Assembly: GCA_016839585.1 (NCBI GenBank)
Contig: JAEOTZ010000056.1
Location: 11,016 to 75,015, forward strand
From: Promethearchaeota archaeon
GTDB taxonomy: Archaea; Asgardarchaeota; Lokiarchaeia; Sigyniarchaeales; SOKP01
Direction: 5' to 3'
Length of the DNA: 64,000 bases
Under the pieces are notes generated by a model. The model was not told the origin of the DNA, made no database searches, and worked only from the letters and a program-made list of their open reading frames with translations. The first letter of the stretch is position 1; every line of letters starts with the position of its first letter. The position numbers were made by a program, and so were the translations under genes. Shown here piece after piece: positions 62,591-64,000 of the stretch.

Positions 62591-63070
62591 ATGGATCGAC
62601 CACTATTATCTAAAATTTTGGCTCAAATGAAAAAGAATTTAAAAGAAGGAAAATCAATAGGAGATATGAAGGTTGGGGCTTTATTAGCTTTAGGACACCA
62701 ACTAGAAGCGATTTTCTATTATTTAGGACACGAATTAGGGACAATTCTAAAAGTCAAACAAATTACTGATGTAAACAAAATACCTGATGAATTAAAAAAG
62801 ACGATCTCTGAATATAATCTAGGAGATGTTGAAATTACAGATAGTTCAGATGAAATAGTACAATTAAAGTTGAAAGGGCATTCATCCATCAAGGATTTAA
62901 TTAATAAAGGAATCAAAACAACTGGTAGTTTTTGTTCATTCGAAGCGGGATTGCTAGCTGGAGTTGTAGAAAAAATAAGCGATCATCATTGCTTTGCCCA
63001 GGAATTAGAATGTAGTTTGCAATCAGATAAGGGATACTGTGAATTTATGATAGTTTTTCAAAAAGAATAA
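62591..63070 (+). CDS. V4R (4-vinyl reductase) ligand-binding domain protein
   Basis: FYYLGHELG, GSFCSFEAGLLAGVV, ELECSLQSDKGYCEF. Confidence 0.85.
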   Translation: MDRPLLSKILAQMKKNLKEGKSIGDMKVGALLALGHQLEAIFYYLGHELGTILKVKQITDVNKIPDELKKTISEYNLGDVEITDSSDEIVQLKLKGHSSIKDLINKGIKTTGSFCSFEAGLLAGVVEKISDHHCFAQELECSLQSDKGYCEFMIVFQKE

Positions 63071-63173
63071 GTTCAATTTATTCGAATATTTAACAAGAAA
63101 CTTGAGTCGAAAATTATTAATAAGTATAAACTATATTGTGAATATAAAATAAAACTGTAAGTTTTGATCAACA

Positions 63174-63701
63174 ATGAGCGAACCAGCATATATATTAAAA
63201 ATAGTTCTTCTTGGAGAGGCTAATGTAGGTAAAACTTCGTTACTTTACAGGTGGATCGAAAATAAATTTAGAGAAAATTACAAATCAACCTTAGGAGTTA
63301 ATCTTCTAAAAAAAGATATGAATATAACTGGATATGGTGAGGTTTCTGCTCAAATTTGGGATTTAGGAGGTCAAGAATCTTTTAAATCTCTCAGAAGATT
63401 ATACCTAGAGGGAGCTAATGGAGCATTATTGTTATATGATGTGACAAATAAAGAATCATATGAAAAACTTGATGAATGGATACAAAGCTTTAAAGAAGAT
63501 AGAGAAAATGAACCTATCATTTTAATTGGGAATAAATCAGATTTAAAAGATAAAATTAAAATTACTGATAAAGACGCTAATGAATTCGCAAAAAGAAATA
63601 AAGTGGATATAATTATTACATCAGCTAAAACAGGGAAAAATGTGGAAAAATCATTTATTGAATTGACTACAAAAATCTTAAAGAAGATTTCAAAAGAATA
63701 A
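63174..63701 (+). CDS. Rab-like small GTPase
   Basis: KIVLLGEANVGKTS, STLGVN, WDLGGQE, GNKSD, SAKTG. Confidence 0.93.
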   Translation: MSEPAYILKIVLLGEANVGKTSLLYRWIENKFRENYKSTLGVNLLKKDMNITGYGEVSAQIWDLGGQESFKSLRRLYLEGANGALLLYDVTNKESYEKLDEWIQSFKEDRENEPIILIGNKSDLKDKIKITDKDANEFAKRNKVDIIITSAKTGKNVEKSFIELTTKILKKISKE

Positions 63702-63943
63702 AAGTCTAAGAATATAACCAAACTAAATTATTTACATCTTTAATTTTTACAAGGATATTTCAAAGTGAAAATGTAAATATCAAAATTTGGTGATTTTAGC
63801 ACATATCTTTTTTAAATCAACTATGTCTTTTTAAATAAATTTAAATAAAAACCTTTATTTAAATAAAATTATAAAAAATACCATGAAAGAAAGAATATAT
63901 TTTTTTATTAAATTTCAAATCACAATTATCTTACCTAATTATT

Positions 63944-64000
63944 ATGTCAGAAGAAAATAATGAATTTAATGAGGATTCTGAAGAAAAATTCGAAGAAAAA
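63944..64000 (+). CDS. Partial CDS running off the window end
   Basis: MSEENNEFNEDSEEKFEEK..., open to the edge. Confidence 0.5.
   Translation, partial: MSEENNEFNEDSEEKFEEK

Noticed and set aside
52280-63701. Equivalent introns in the other two GTPases
   Set aside because: Both have uninterrupted G1 regions (YKVVIFGDAGTGKT; LKIVLLGEANVGKT).
1133-63721. Numerous antisense or nested ORFs in the track (e.g. 1133-1570, 2972-3286, 12438-12701, 25659-25928, 45201-45527, 63371-63721)
   Set aside because: They are shadow frames of well-supported genes and contain no recognisable motifs.
1-64000. tRNA, rRNA, CRISPR array, transposase/integrase, and endA or rtcB genes
   Set aside because: None recognised in this window. 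The splicing enzymes must be encoded elsewhere if the intron is real.

Overview
This is a very AT-rich archaeal chromosomal segment, almost certainly from a Lokiarchaeia (Asgard) genome. The assignment rests on a Loki-type profilin, three Rab-like small GTPases, two longin-like proteins, an Rpn11-like JAMM protein, a Loki-CTERM-type surface protein, ribosomal proteins eL38 and eL40, Alba and a thermosome subunit. Most of the window is housekeeping genes (prs, map, aspS, truD, pth2, argS, agmatinase, deoxyhypusine synthase) plus membrane proteins. An accessory block at about 26.5-38.4 kb contains a ~350-bp direct duplication that encodes an unannotated zinc-ribbon protein with no ATG/GTG/TTG at its apparent start. 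The key observation is the Rab-like GTPase gene at 61654-62222. The ORF track shows only a truncated 104-aa ORF there, but the gene is split by a 29-nt frame-shifting insertion (61700-61728). This insertion folds into a canonical bulge-helix-bulge (BHB) motif closed by an exon-exon helix. Cutting at the canonical BHB positions restores a 179-aa GTPase with an intact P-loop (FKITVIGDGAVGKT). It is therefore a candidate protein-coding mRNA intron, spliced by the tRNA-splicing endonuclease, in a eukaryotic-signature gene. I saw no tRNA, rRNA, CRISPR array or transposase. All product calls come from motif recognition by eye; no database searches were run.
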